Shown here piece after piece: positions 27,016 to 37,700 of a stretch of 64,000 bases of DNA. Origin of the DNA: Clostridia bacterium (GTDB lineage: Bacteria > Bacillota > Clostridia > CAKSNL01 > HGM11501). The notes below the pieces were generated by a model, which saw nothing but the letters and a program-made list of their open reading frames with translations, searched no databases and was not told where the DNA came from. A program made the translations under genes and the position numbers. The first letter of the stretch is position 1, and each line of letters opens with the position of its first letter. The stretch spans positions 1 through 64,000 of the forward strand of contig JAZQAZ010000014.1 in assembly GCA_045545475.1 (NCBI GenBank), read 5' to 3'.

Positions 27016-27931
27016 ATTTGATTTCATCAAGATTAAAGGGTGTTGCCTGATATACAAAGTAGTTAAGCCAGTTTGAGAAAAGTAAATTTGCGTGAGATCT
27101 CCAGGAAACCTTGGGGGGATTTTTCGGGTCATCATCGGGAAAATAATTCTTGGGAACCTGTATATCCTCGCCCTTAGCCTTGTCTCTGTCGTATTCCTTC
27201 TTTAAGGTGTCGGCATCGTATTCGAGATGCCCTGTTACGAATATTTGTCTGCCCTTATCTGTGGTTACGATACAAACGCCGGTTTCCTCTGAAGATGCTA
27301 AAATTTTAAGAGTCCCAACTTTCTCAACGTCTTCTCTTGCAACTGTAGTGAAACGTGACTGAGGAACCATAAATACATCGTCGAATCCACGAAGGAGCAT
27401 GGAATTTTTATAGTCTGCCGTATGGGGATATATGCCGAAAAGCTTTTTTTCAAGGTTTATTTTGTTTATTCCGTAGTGATAATAAAGCCCTGCCTGAGCA
27501 CCCCAACAGATGTGAAGTGTGCTTGTAACGTGAGTTTTGCTCCACTCCATAATTTCACAAAGCTCGTTCCAGTAATCAACATCTTCAAAATCCATGAGTT
27601 CAACCGGTGCTCCGGTTATAACCATTCCGTCAAACTTTAAGTCTTCGATTTCGTCAAAGGTTTTGTAAAAGCTTAACATATGAGCACTGTCAACATGGGT
27701 TGATTTGTGAGTTGCAGTCTGTAGAAGCTCCATTTCAACCTGAAGAGGGCTGTTTCCCAGCAGTCGTGAAAACTGTGTTTCCGTCACGATTTTAGTGGGC
27801 ATGAGATTTAAAAGAAGTATCTTAAGGGGACGAATGTCCTGAGTTACGGCACGGGTTTCGTTGATTACGAATATGTTTTCGTTGTGGAGCGTTTCTGTTG
27901 CCGGTAGCCCGTTGGGAATTTTAATAGGCAT
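27014..27931 (-). CDS. metA: Homoserine O-acyltransferase MetA family, probably acetyl-specific
   Basis: MPIKIP, QDIRPL, LNLMP, ITGAPVE (Glu at the acetyl-specificity position), [18 protein letters not shown]. Confidence 0.96.
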   Translation of the reverse strand: MPIKIPNGLPATETLHNENIFVINETRAVTQDIRPLKILLLNLMPTKIVTETQFSRLLGNSPLQVEMELLQTATHKSTHVDSAHMLSFYKTFDEIEDLKFDGMVITGAPVELMDFEDVDYWNELCEIMEWSKTHVTSTLHICWGAQAGLYYHYGINKINLEKKLFGIYPHTADYKNSMLLRGFDDVFMVPQSRFTTVAREDVEKVGTLKILASSEETGVCIVTTDKGRQIFVTGHLEYDADTLKKEYDRDKAKGEDIQVPKNYFPDDDPKNPPKVSWRSHANLLFSNWLNYFVYQATPFNLDEIK

Positions 27932-27943
27932 AAATTCACCTCA

Positions 27944-29218
27944 TTATAATTGTTTCAGTGCCTGCTCTATATCGGCTATTATATCTTCGACATTTTCTAT
28001 GCCCACAGACATTCTGATAAGGTCTGAACTGATGCCGGCATCGATAAGCTGCTGATCTGTAAGCTGACGGTGGGTGGTGGAAGCGGGATGAAGAACACTT
28101 GTTCTTGCATCTGCAACGTGAACAACTATTGCAGCAAGCTTTAAGCTGTCCATAAACTTAACGGCCGCTTCTCGGCCTCCTTTTATTCCGAAGGAGATAA
28201 CGCCACAGCTTCCCTTGGGAAGGTATTTTTCAGCCAGTGTATAGTCGGGACTGGATTTTAATTTGGGATAGTTAACCCAGGCGATTTTATCGTTTGCTTC
28301 AAGATATTTTGCAACCGCCAAAGCGTTTTCTGAATGACGCTCCATACGAAGGGGGAGAGTCTCCAAATTCATATTAAGTAAAAATGCATTTATGGCAGAG
28401 GGAAGTGCACCAAAGTCTCTCATAAGCTGAACCCTTGCCTTGGTTATGTAAGCAGCCTTGCCGAAATCTGCAACGTATTTAACTCCATGATAGGATTCGT
28501 CAGGCTCACACAATTCGGGGAATTTTCCGTTATCCCAATTGAAATTACCTGAGTCAACAATTACACCGCCAACGACGGAAGCGTGACCGTCCATATATTT
28601 GGTTGTGGAGTGGGTGATAATGTCACAGCCAAACTCAAAGGGTCTGCAAAGTATGGGAGTTGCAAAAGTATTATCAACAACAAGCGGAACATTATGCTTG
28701 TGAGCAAGATTTGCAAAACGCTCAATGTCAAGAACGGTTAAAGCGGGGTTTGCAATTGTCTCACCGAAAACCAGGCGGGTATTCTCATCAAACTGTGCTT
28801 CGATTTCTTCGTCAGTCATGTCCTGTGTTACAAAACGCACCTCAATGCCCATTCTCTTTATGGTAACGGCAAAAAGGTTAATTGTTCCACCGTATATGGA
28901 AGAAAGACAAACGAAGTTCTGACCTGCGGATGTGATGTTTAAAACAGCCATAAGGCTTGCTGCCTGGCCTGATGTAGTGCAAAGTGCACCAACGCCGCCT
29001 TCCAGGTCTGCAATCTTTTCTTCAACCGCACTTACTGTGGGGTTTGATATTCTTGAATACATATGTCCGTCTGCCTTTAAGTCAAAGAGCTTGCCAAGGT
29101 GCTCGGACGAATCGTACTTATATGTGGTGCTCTGGTAAATGGGGAGCACCCTCGGTTCTCCGTTTTTTGGGGTATATCCCGACTGGATACATTTTGTTTC
29201 TATTTTATAATCTGACAT
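27944..29218 (-). CDS. metY: O-acetylhomoserine aminocarboxypropyltransferase (sulfhydrylase)
   Basis: PIYQSTTY, YSRISNPT, SGQAA, VDNTFATP, HSTTKYMDGH (PLP lysine), HPASTTHRQL. Confidence 0.95.
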   Translation of the reverse strand: MSDYKIETKCIQSGYTPKNGEPRVLPIYQSTTYKYDSSEHLGKLFDLKADGHMYSRISNPTVSAVEEKIADLEGGVGALCTTSGQAASLMAVLNITSAGQNFVCLSSIYGGTINLFAVTIKRMGIEVRFVTQDMTDEEIEAQFDENTRLVFGETIANPALTVLDIERFANLAHKHNVPLVVDNTFATPILCRPFEFGCDIITHSTTKYMDGHASVVGGVIVDSGNFNWDNGKFPELCEPDESYHGVKYVADFGKAAYITKARVQLMRDFGALPSAINAFLLNMNLETLPLRMERHSENALAVAKYLEANDKIAWVNYPKLKSSPDYTLAEKYLPKGSCGVISFGIKGGREAAVKFMDSLKLAAIVVHVADARTSVLHPASTTHRQLTDQQLIDAGISSDLIRMSVGIENVEDIIADIEQALKQL

Positions 29219-29269
29219 AATAAAACCTCCGTTTATACTATGGATTGCAATTTTTATAAATATTTATTT

Positions 29270-29298
29270 ATTATATCACGGAAAGAGTGAAAATGCAA
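29270..29298 (-). promoter_or_regulatory. Sigma-A promoter of metY-metA
   Basis: Minus strand TTGCAT-N17-TATAAT with extended -10 TG. Confidence 0.7.
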
Positions 29299-29318
29299 TA
29301 AAAAAATACAAACAAGAA

Positions 29319-29351
29319 CATATTGACAAATATGAATATATAGTGTATTAT
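29319..29351 (+). promoter_or_regulatory. Sigma-A promoter of ArsR gene with overlapping inverted repeat (possible auto-operator)
   Basis: TTGACA-N17-TATTAT; CATATT-gaca-AATATG dyad over the -35. Confidence 0.6.
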
Positions 29352-29371
29352 ATTATAAAGGATGTGATTTT

Positions 29372-29899
29372 ATGAAATCCAGATATGTAATGATGGCGGA
29401 AATGTTCAAAGCACTTGGGGACGAAAACCGCTTGAAGCTTTTGAATGAGTTAAAGAGCGGAGAGAAAAATGCCGGCGAGCTTCTGGAAAGCCTTTCTGTT
29501 ACTCAGCCGACGCTTTCTCATCATATGAAAATTCTTTGCGACTCCGGAATAGTTGATGCAAGGCGAGATGGAAAGTGGACATATTACAGCGTTTCGAAAG
29601 AGGGCAGGAAGGAACTATTTGATATTATTGATTCCCTGTTTGGCGGAAAATATATCCCGTCGTTTAACATAGAAGATGTTATAATTCCTGCGGAAGATGA
29701 AAGCATAAAGCCTGAAAAAGTAAAGAAAACTGCATCTAAAAAAACTGCGAAAAAGAAAACAGAAAAGAAAGATACTACAGTTTTGACTTCTGAGACTGTG
29801 GAAGAAAAGCCTGCCGAGATTAAGGAAGAAGTCGAAGAAGCTAAAGAAGAACCGGCTGAGGAAAGAAGAGAACGTAATATGCCGTCATGGCTGTTTTAA
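29372..29899 (+). CDS. ArsR/SmtB family regulator with long charged C-terminal tail
   Basis: FKALGDENRL, TQPTLSHHMKIL, RRDGKWTYY. Confidence 0.9.
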   Translation: MKSRYVMMAEMFKALGDENRLKLLNELKSGEKNAGELLESLSVTQPTLSHHMKILCDSGIVDARRDGKWTYYSVSKEGRKELFDIIDSLFGGKYIPSFNIEDVIIPAEDESIKPEKVKKTASKKTAKKKTEKKDTTVLTSETVEEKPAEIKEEVEEAKEEPAEERRERNMPSWLF

Positions 29900-29975
29900 C
29901 AAAAGGTGGCAAAGCCAGCTTTGTTTTTGTAGTATATATAGATGTATTTACATAAATGAATATTATAACAAATAG

Positions 29976-30000
29976 AAAAGCCGTCCGTCGGACGGCTTTC
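29976..30000. terminator. Terminator between convergent ArsR and aminopeptidase genes
   Basis: AAAGCCGTCC-gtc-GGACGGCTTT. Confidence 0.75.
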
Positions 30001-30002
30001 AT

Positions 30003-31379
30003 TTATTTTATATTACTCTGATAAAAAGCTCTGTATGCTCTGTAGCTTTCGTATAAGTCAAGCTTTGATACAACCTCGAAGGGGGAGTGCATGGATAATA
30101 CAGGAACACCTGCATCAATTGTGTCCATATCAAGATTTGCAGTGTACTGTGCAATGGTTCCGCCGCCACCTCCGTCAACCTTTCCAAGCTCGCCTGTCTG
30201 CCAGCAGATTTTGCTTTCATCCATAATTTTTACGATGGAGGCGAAAAGCTCTGCACTAGCATCTGATGAGCCACTCTTGCCACGAGCCCCTGTATATTTC
30301 ATAAATGAGATACCGCATCCTGCATAGGGGGTATTCTGCTTTTCAAAGGGGGAAGGAAAATTTGGATCGAATGCTGCACAAACGTCTGCAGAAAGACAGA
30401 TTGAGTTTGCCAAGGCATGGCGGACATAAAGGTCGGAATATTCGTCGGACATATCAATCATGTCGGCAATCATGTTCTCAAAGTATCTGGATTTCATTCC
30501 GGTAACGCCCATGGAGCCAACTTCTTCTTTATCCACAAGGAGGCAGATTGCGGTTTTATCGGGAGTATTTACATCCAGAATTGCCTGAAGTGCGGCGTAG
30601 GCACAAACTCTGTCATCCTGAGCGTAAGCACCAACAAAGCTCTTGTCAAAGCCTACATCCTTTGCAGGGAATGCGGGGGTAAACTCAAGCTCTGCTGTTA
30701 AAAATTCTTCCTCTTCAATGTTGTATTCGTCTCTTAAAATTGTAAGTATTGCCTTCTTAACGCTCTGTGAATCGCCCTCAACAAGGGGAATGCCGCCAAC
30801 CAGTACGGTTAAATCTTCACCGCCTATAGCATTTCCTAAATTTCTTCCCATCTGATCTCCTGCGAGGTGGGGAAGAATGTCTGAAATGGTAAAGCAGAAA
30901 TCGTCTGTATCTTTACCGATGGAAATGTTAAGCTTTGTCCCGTCCTTTTTTATAACAACGCCTGAAAGTGTTAAGGGGATTGTTGTCCATTGATATTTCT
31001 TGATTCCGCCGTAGTAGTGGGTTTTCATTAAAGCCTGGTCGCTTTCTTCAAGTAATGGGTTGGGTTTTAAGTCAAGTCTGGGAGAATCCACGTGAGCACC
31101 AACAAGGTTGAAGCCTTTTCTTAATGGTTCTTTTCCCATAACAGCAAGCATGAGTCCTTTTTCTCGGTTTAAGGAATATATTTTGTCCCCCGGAAGAAGC
31201 TCATCTTTTTCTGAAATGTCTACAAAACCTTCGTTTTTTGCGATGCGGAGTGCTTCCTTTACTATTTCACGTTCGGACTTTCCGCTGTTTAAAAACTCCT
31301 TATAGCCTTCGGCAAAGTCGAATACAGCACTGTGATCAGCATCAACCCAACCGTTTTTATTTTTATAACCTAAATCCAT
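30003..31379 (-). CDS. M18 family aminopeptidase
   Basis: GAHVDSPRLDLKP, HYYGGIKKYQW, AQDDR, DKEEVGS, SADV, GGGGTI, SMHSP. Confidence 0.93.
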   Translation of the reverse strand: MDLGYKNKNGWVDADHSAVFDFAEGYKEFLNSGKSEREIVKEALRIAKNEGFVDISEKDELLPGDKIYSLNREKGLMLAVMGKEPLRKGFNLVGAHVDSPRLDLKPNPLLEESDQALMKTHYYGGIKKYQWTTIPLTLSGVVIKKDGTKLNISIGKDTDDFCFTISDILPHLAGDQMGRNLGNAIGGEDLTVLVGGIPLVEGDSQSVKKAILTILRDEYNIEEEEFLTAELEFTPAFPAKDVGFDKSFVGAYAQDDRVCAYAALQAILDVNTPDKTAICLLVDKEEVGSMGVTGMKSRYFENMIADMIDMSDEYSDLYVRHALANSICLSADVCAAFDPNFPSPFEKQNTPYAGCGISFMKYTGARGKSGSSDASAELFASIVKIMDESKICWQTGELGKVDGGGGGTIAQYTANLDMDTIDAGVPVLSMHSPFEVVSKLDLYESYRAYRAFYQSNIK

Positions 31380-31706
31380 ATTATCATTCCTTTCGGGATT
31401 TTTTTATATCGTGCATAAAAGTACCGAAAAAATGTCCTTTCGTCCTTGAAAAAGGGCATTTTATTATGGTATACTAATAACAGTATAACCTTTTTTTAAA
31501 AAGAATCAAGCAAAAAGTGGGAAAATGTAGAATTAATTAAAAAATAGATATAAAGCCCGGTAAAGTTTTGTTGTCGCGTTTCTGCAAAAAAGATAAAAAA
31601 ACTAAGAAATAAGAAGATGATGACAAAAAAATTAAGGAATCGGATTGTTTTATATGTTAAAATATAGACAATATAGGGTGATATAGCCCGAGGAAGGAGA
31701 AAAGAT

Positions 31707-34700
31707 ATGCGTAAATTCATTTCAATGGTGTTGGCACTTGTGATGATTTTGTCCTGCGTATACATAAATGTATCGGCAAACGAACTTATTGCAAGTACAA
31801 AGGTAGAACTTTATCAGCTTGCTCCCGAAAGTCAGAGCCTGATGGAGTCATACGTTATTAAGACAGATAACGATAAACTCATCGTTATTGACGGAGGTAT
31901 TGACGGGGCAGGTCGTACATTGGCTCCATATCTTCCTGCAGCGCTCCGTGCCATAGCAGGCGTTGGCGAGGGTGAATACTTTGAGGTAGAAGCCTGGTTC
32001 TTATCCCACGCTCATGTGGACCATTTTTACGAGCTTTCCAAAATGCTTAACGAGTACGACGAGAATTCAAACTATAAGATAAACAACTTTTATTTTGATT
32101 TTCCCGAGTTCGGAAGCGAAGAATATTCCGGAACCCTTGGCGAAACAGGAGACGGATATCTTGCGGAATTGAAAGCCGGCCTTGATAACTACGCCGAGGT
32201 TAATGAAATTGAGTTTGATTCTGAGACTTACTATGACGAAATTAACGGTGCTGTGGTAAACGAATCTGCCATAAGCAAAGGTCTTGATATTAATATAGAC
32301 GGCGTAAGATTTGAAATACTTCAGACCTGGAGCGCTGAAGACGGCACAACGGAGATAAACAACACATCTATGATTATAAGAATGCACGCCGCAGGAAAGA
32401 CAGTTTTATTCTTAAACGATGCATACATCCAGTCGGGTAACCGTCTTGTTGAAACTTACGGCGAAGACTTAAAGAGCGATTATGTGCAGACGGCTCATCA
32501 CGGACAGTCGGGCACAAAGCAGAACGTTTATGATGCGGTTGATGCGGACTTCTTCTTATGGCCCACTCCTAAATGGATATGGACTAACCCGGACAGCTAT
32601 GCCATTGACGACGTACGTACTTGGATTGCCGGTGAAGACTATCTGGAAGTTCGTGAAAACGACCTTGTTGCGGGTATGTATGATGTATATCCCGATGATC
32701 CTGCGGTTGTTGCTGACTGGGCAGAAGCGCTTCCCGGTATGAAAATCACATTTACTAACGAAGATGCAAACTATACTGCACCCAAGGCGAATAAAAACCT
32801 TAAATATACAGGTGAAGAACAGGAGCTTATAGCAGAAGGCAGCACTGATATCGGCACTATGGAATACTGCATTGAAGGAAATGACTATGCAGATGCAATT
32901 CCCGCAGCTGTAAATGCCGGAGAATATACTGTATATTACAGGATTACAGACGGCGAAAATGTTTTGGTGGAAGAAAGTATTAGTGTTACAATAGCAAAGG
33001 CGATACCTGAATTTACAGCTCCCGAAGCAAAAGTTCTTTTCAACACAGGGGAAGAACAAGAACTCATAGAAGCAGGAAGCATTGCGGAAGGTGAATTCTT
33101 ATATTCCACCGATGACGTGGACTATTCTGCTGAAATCCCCACTGCAACAGAAAGCGGTAACTATACCGTATACTATAAAGTGGAGGAAAGCGAAAATTAT
33201 CTTGAAATTTCAGGTTCCGTTGACGTTACAATAGGTGACTATAAAGTTACCTTCAAAAACGGAAACGAACTTGCACCTTTTGATGAGGATGCTTTAGTCA
33301 GCGTTATGGATGGCGAAAGCCTTGCCTCTCTTCCTTATTTTGAAGCAAAAGCAAATACATCACTTGCATACTTCAAGATAGGGGATGTCAGATTTACAGA
33401 AGAAGAACTCCTTTCTTATGAAGTTACGGAAAACACAGAAGTTTTAGCATATTTCAGAGAGTCGGCTATAACTTCCTGCGATTATGACTTTACCACTATG
33501 ACTGAGGAAGAATTTGAACTTACTGTTTTTGGTATGGACAGCGACTTTGTGCTTACCGAAGGCGTGGGTATTCAGCTTTCCAAGAACACTGAAACCACAT
33601 ATACCATTCCCATGGCAACTGATGTTTCCGAAAGTGCTTTCTCCATAAGCTACGGATGCACCGGTACTGCCAATACAGGCGGATTCAACGGACATATTAC
33701 ACGTGGAGCTGATGCTGTTGCATCTTTCTATCATACTGCAAACTCCATGGTTGTTTACGGCTCAGGTGCCACACACAGATTCACAAACGTGGGACAGGTA
33801 GACGACGGAACACGTCATACTGTAGAATATATAATAGACCTTGAAAATGAAATGCAGTATATGATTGTGGACGGCTATGCCGGCATTGTTCCTGCTGAAG
33901 GAGCATATTCTATCCGTGGAAACAGAAAGCCTGACCTTCTTAAGATTATTGAAAAAGCAGGCGGATCTCTTATTATAGACAGCTTCAGCATAAAGCGTTT
34001 TGACGATGCCAAGGCAAGAAAAGTTACTTTAGCTGCAGGAGAAGGCGTAACAGCGGTTAACTTCTTGAACAGAACGGAAAATGCAACATACGACAATTCA
34101 TATATTTATATGGTGGAAGGCACAAAGGTTCCTGTTGGTGCAACGATGGATGAAGAAACTGCCTTTTCCTCATGGGAAGCAACAAGCGGAAGCTTTTCGG
34201 ACGAAACTGCAATGAAGGCGGTTTATACGGCCGGAAGTGCAAATGCGACGGTAACCGCAGAAGGTGAAGCACCTCAGATTTCCGAAGGAGACGTTGCGAA
34301 AATCGGCAGAGTAGGTTATGCAACACTTCAGGATGCAATTAATGCAGTAGGTGACGGACAGACGATCACTCTGCTTTCCGATGAAACTGTTACAACAACA
34401 CTATTACTCAACACAGGCAACAGCTTTACCATAGACGGTGCAGGATTTGATCTTATTTTCGGAATGAGCGATAAAACAGTGAACTGTGTTTATGTTTCGG
34501 CAGACACAAAGGTGCTCTTTAAGAACATTGATATCTACAGAAACAACACCACCACAAACAACTACGGATTTTTCTATATCTCCACCGGTAGCATAACACT
34601 TGGTGATGGGGCAGTACTCGGAAGCACTTCCGTTCAGATGGTTCAGGGTAACGGCGGTATAATCTGGGTTCAGAAGGCATCAACCGACACAGGTACGGGC

Positions 34701-37700
34701 AAAGCATATTTCACCCTTAACGGTGAAGGAGCCAAGATTCAGAATGTAAAAGGCTCCTGGCAGAAAGGTTTGTTCGACGGCTCCAACGCAACGGAAGTAA
34801 ACCTTCTTAAGGGAACAATCGAAAATTGCACACATGGCACAGCCATGGTTGGAGAAAGAGGAAACTTTATAGTAAACCTGGGCGATGTTACAATTATAAA
34901 CTCAAAAGAGCCTACAGTTAACGGAAACTCCAATACCACGGTTAATATAACAGGAAGCGGAACTCTTGGAACGGTTAAGGCATCTTCTGCTAAGATAAGC
35001 TTTAAAAAGAGCCTTACCTATGGTCCTTCTTCACTTACATATCAGGGTAGCGACTTTACAGGAAGCGTTGTATTTAATGTGACAGATACTACAGTTCCTG
35101 CAAGCTATGCGAAAATTGAAAGCGGAATGAAGGTGGGAGGTGACATCAAATCAACTGACGGAAAAACCTTCAGGGTTGATGCAGACGGAAACCTTGTTAT
35201 GAGCAGCTTTGTTGAAACGGGCTATGAGCTTGAAATCAGCAATACACAGAACAATGGTTTATACAACGCAGTCTTTGTGGTTCCTGCAAGAGATAATATG
35301 GAAATTGAATCCGTAACATATGTTGATACATTCGGAAACACTTTAGACGGTAAGGCGGCAACAAAAATTACGCCCAACGATGACGGAATAACAATGACAG
35401 TTACAATAGCTGGTGACTATACCAAGGAAAACGGCTATACTGACTGGGTTGACGGAACATATGCAACCAAATACGGCGAAACTCATTTTGTTTTCGGAAA
35501 TACCGTATATAACTGGCAGGCAGGAGATATCGTATCACCTGATTTCTTCAAGGGTATTTTCATCAGAGAAGTATTGGGTGACGGTGCAGGAGACCACATT
35601 ATAAATGTTAAGTTTGCCGACGGAGAAACTCTGGAATTCAATGTGAAGACAAATCTTCAGTGGGTTGAACTTACAGCACCCGCTGCTGTTAAGGAAACGG
35701 AATATACCGATGAAATAACACCCATTGCGGGTTGGAAAACTGCGGCAACCACAGTAAGTAACAATCTTACAAAGGCCTTTGACGGATATTCCGAATACCT
35801 TATTAAGAAGCATGCGTTCACTGATGCATCAGGAAATGCAATGTCGGTAAATAACCGCTTTGAGACAGACTTTATATCGCAGGTGGTTAAAACAGCCAGC
35901 GGAAACGCTACAATTCCTTCGGGAAGCAAATATGTTTCATCTATAACTCAGGTTCTTCTGTATCCCGCACTTCGTATGGACTTTTTTGTTGATACCATTG
36001 ACGGGCTTGATACATCGGGTATCAGAATTTATCCCAGAATCAACTCTTACAATGAAAATAAGGCATCGGGAAGCGGTAGAGGTGTGCCTTCAAAAATTGT
36101 ATTCTGGGGTTCAAACGATGGAGAAAACTGGGATAACTTAGGTACGTATAATTTCAATAGTACACTCGAAGAAAAGACAGCTCTTTTTGGCAAAAATGTA
36201 AGATATCGTTATTACAAGGGCTCCATTCTTGAGGTAAATGGAAATACATATAAGCAGACAGCAAACATTTCAGAACTTGTATTTATAAAACCTGAAACAG
36301 AGCTTAAGAGTAATACAGCACTTACATTTGATACTGCAGAGGAAAATGCGATTGAATTTACCTTCAAGACATATCTTGAAGAAACAATCGAAAGCCTTAA
36401 GGATAAGTCAGGAAATGATGCGGAATTTACATTTGAAAATGACACCCTTACAATCGATGCGACTTATCTTAAAGCACTCACAGACGGAACATATGAATTT
36501 ACTGCTAAATTCACAAATGGTGCAGAATTTGCTCTTACCATTATAAAAACTGATGCGACAGAGGTTACATACCTTCTTGCAGACAGCGGAGAGATGGGAA
36601 GAGGCACAAATGAACTTGTTCTTGCAAGTGTAAGCGGAAAAGAGATAAAGAAGGTTACATATAACGGCGGAAAAGCTCTTTCATATACGGCATCCGATGA
36701 TAATAAGACAATTGCTATCGCAAGATATGATTTCCGTGGAGGTATGGATCTTTATGCTACAATGACTTTAGAGGAAGACGGACTGGTACCGGTTGTTGTG
36801 ACATACAGTGATGATACAACAAAAACCTATAATGTTACCATAAGCTCCGACTGGGTGGGAATCCCCGCACCTCATCCAGAAGCTACCTTCCTTTCCGACG
36901 AACTTAAGCCTAAGGCAGGAGAGTGGAAAGTAAGAACAAGCTCTGCAAACACAGCACATAATCATCCTGCTAACTTGTTTACCGGCAAGCTTTACAACGA
37001 GAAAAACAAGAATAACTGGCATACAGGATATACATTGGTAGATGGTGCTCCTATAGCAGATACTGAGCTTGACCAATACATTGATGTGGATTTCGGAGCA
37101 AACGTAAAGCCTTACAAGGGAATACGTATTACCGAGCGTGTAAGCGGCTCAAGATATGAGAATATCACACTTTACGGTAAGAATTCAGACGGTGAGGAGT
37201 GGACCTTACTTTACAGCGGTTCTGCTGATGCTGTGGCACCTTCTGCAAATGAAATTCTGTTTGAAGAAGCCGTAAATTATCGTTATTTAAGAATGAAGAT
37301 CAACGGTAGGGACAACCACGTTACTGCAGATATAATGCGTATTATAAACGGAGTGGAAGAAGGCCAAGTGAACATCAAGGTTACACCCACAACCGGTGGT
37401 AACGTAACTGTAACAACAGGCGGAACAACTGCTCCTTCTCTCGGAGATAACTATGTTGAAGCAAATACAAATGTAACCTTTACGGCTACAAGCGATGAGT
37501 CGGGAGAATTCTGCTATTGGATAGAGGCATCTACAGGCAAAATTCTTGGCAAGAAGGCAACGCTTAATGTAAATACTGCAATAGGTAAGGATATAAAAGC
37601 GGTATTCGCATCACCTGCGGATACGGAAGCTTTTGTAAGCTTCTACGGAATAGAAAAGGGAAGCATACTGGCAACGGGATATGTAAAGAAAAATGATGCC

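Noticed and set aside
31496-31765. 89-aa hydrophobic minus-strand ORF
   Set aside because: It arises from the A-rich promoter region and the antisense of a signal peptide; no RBS.
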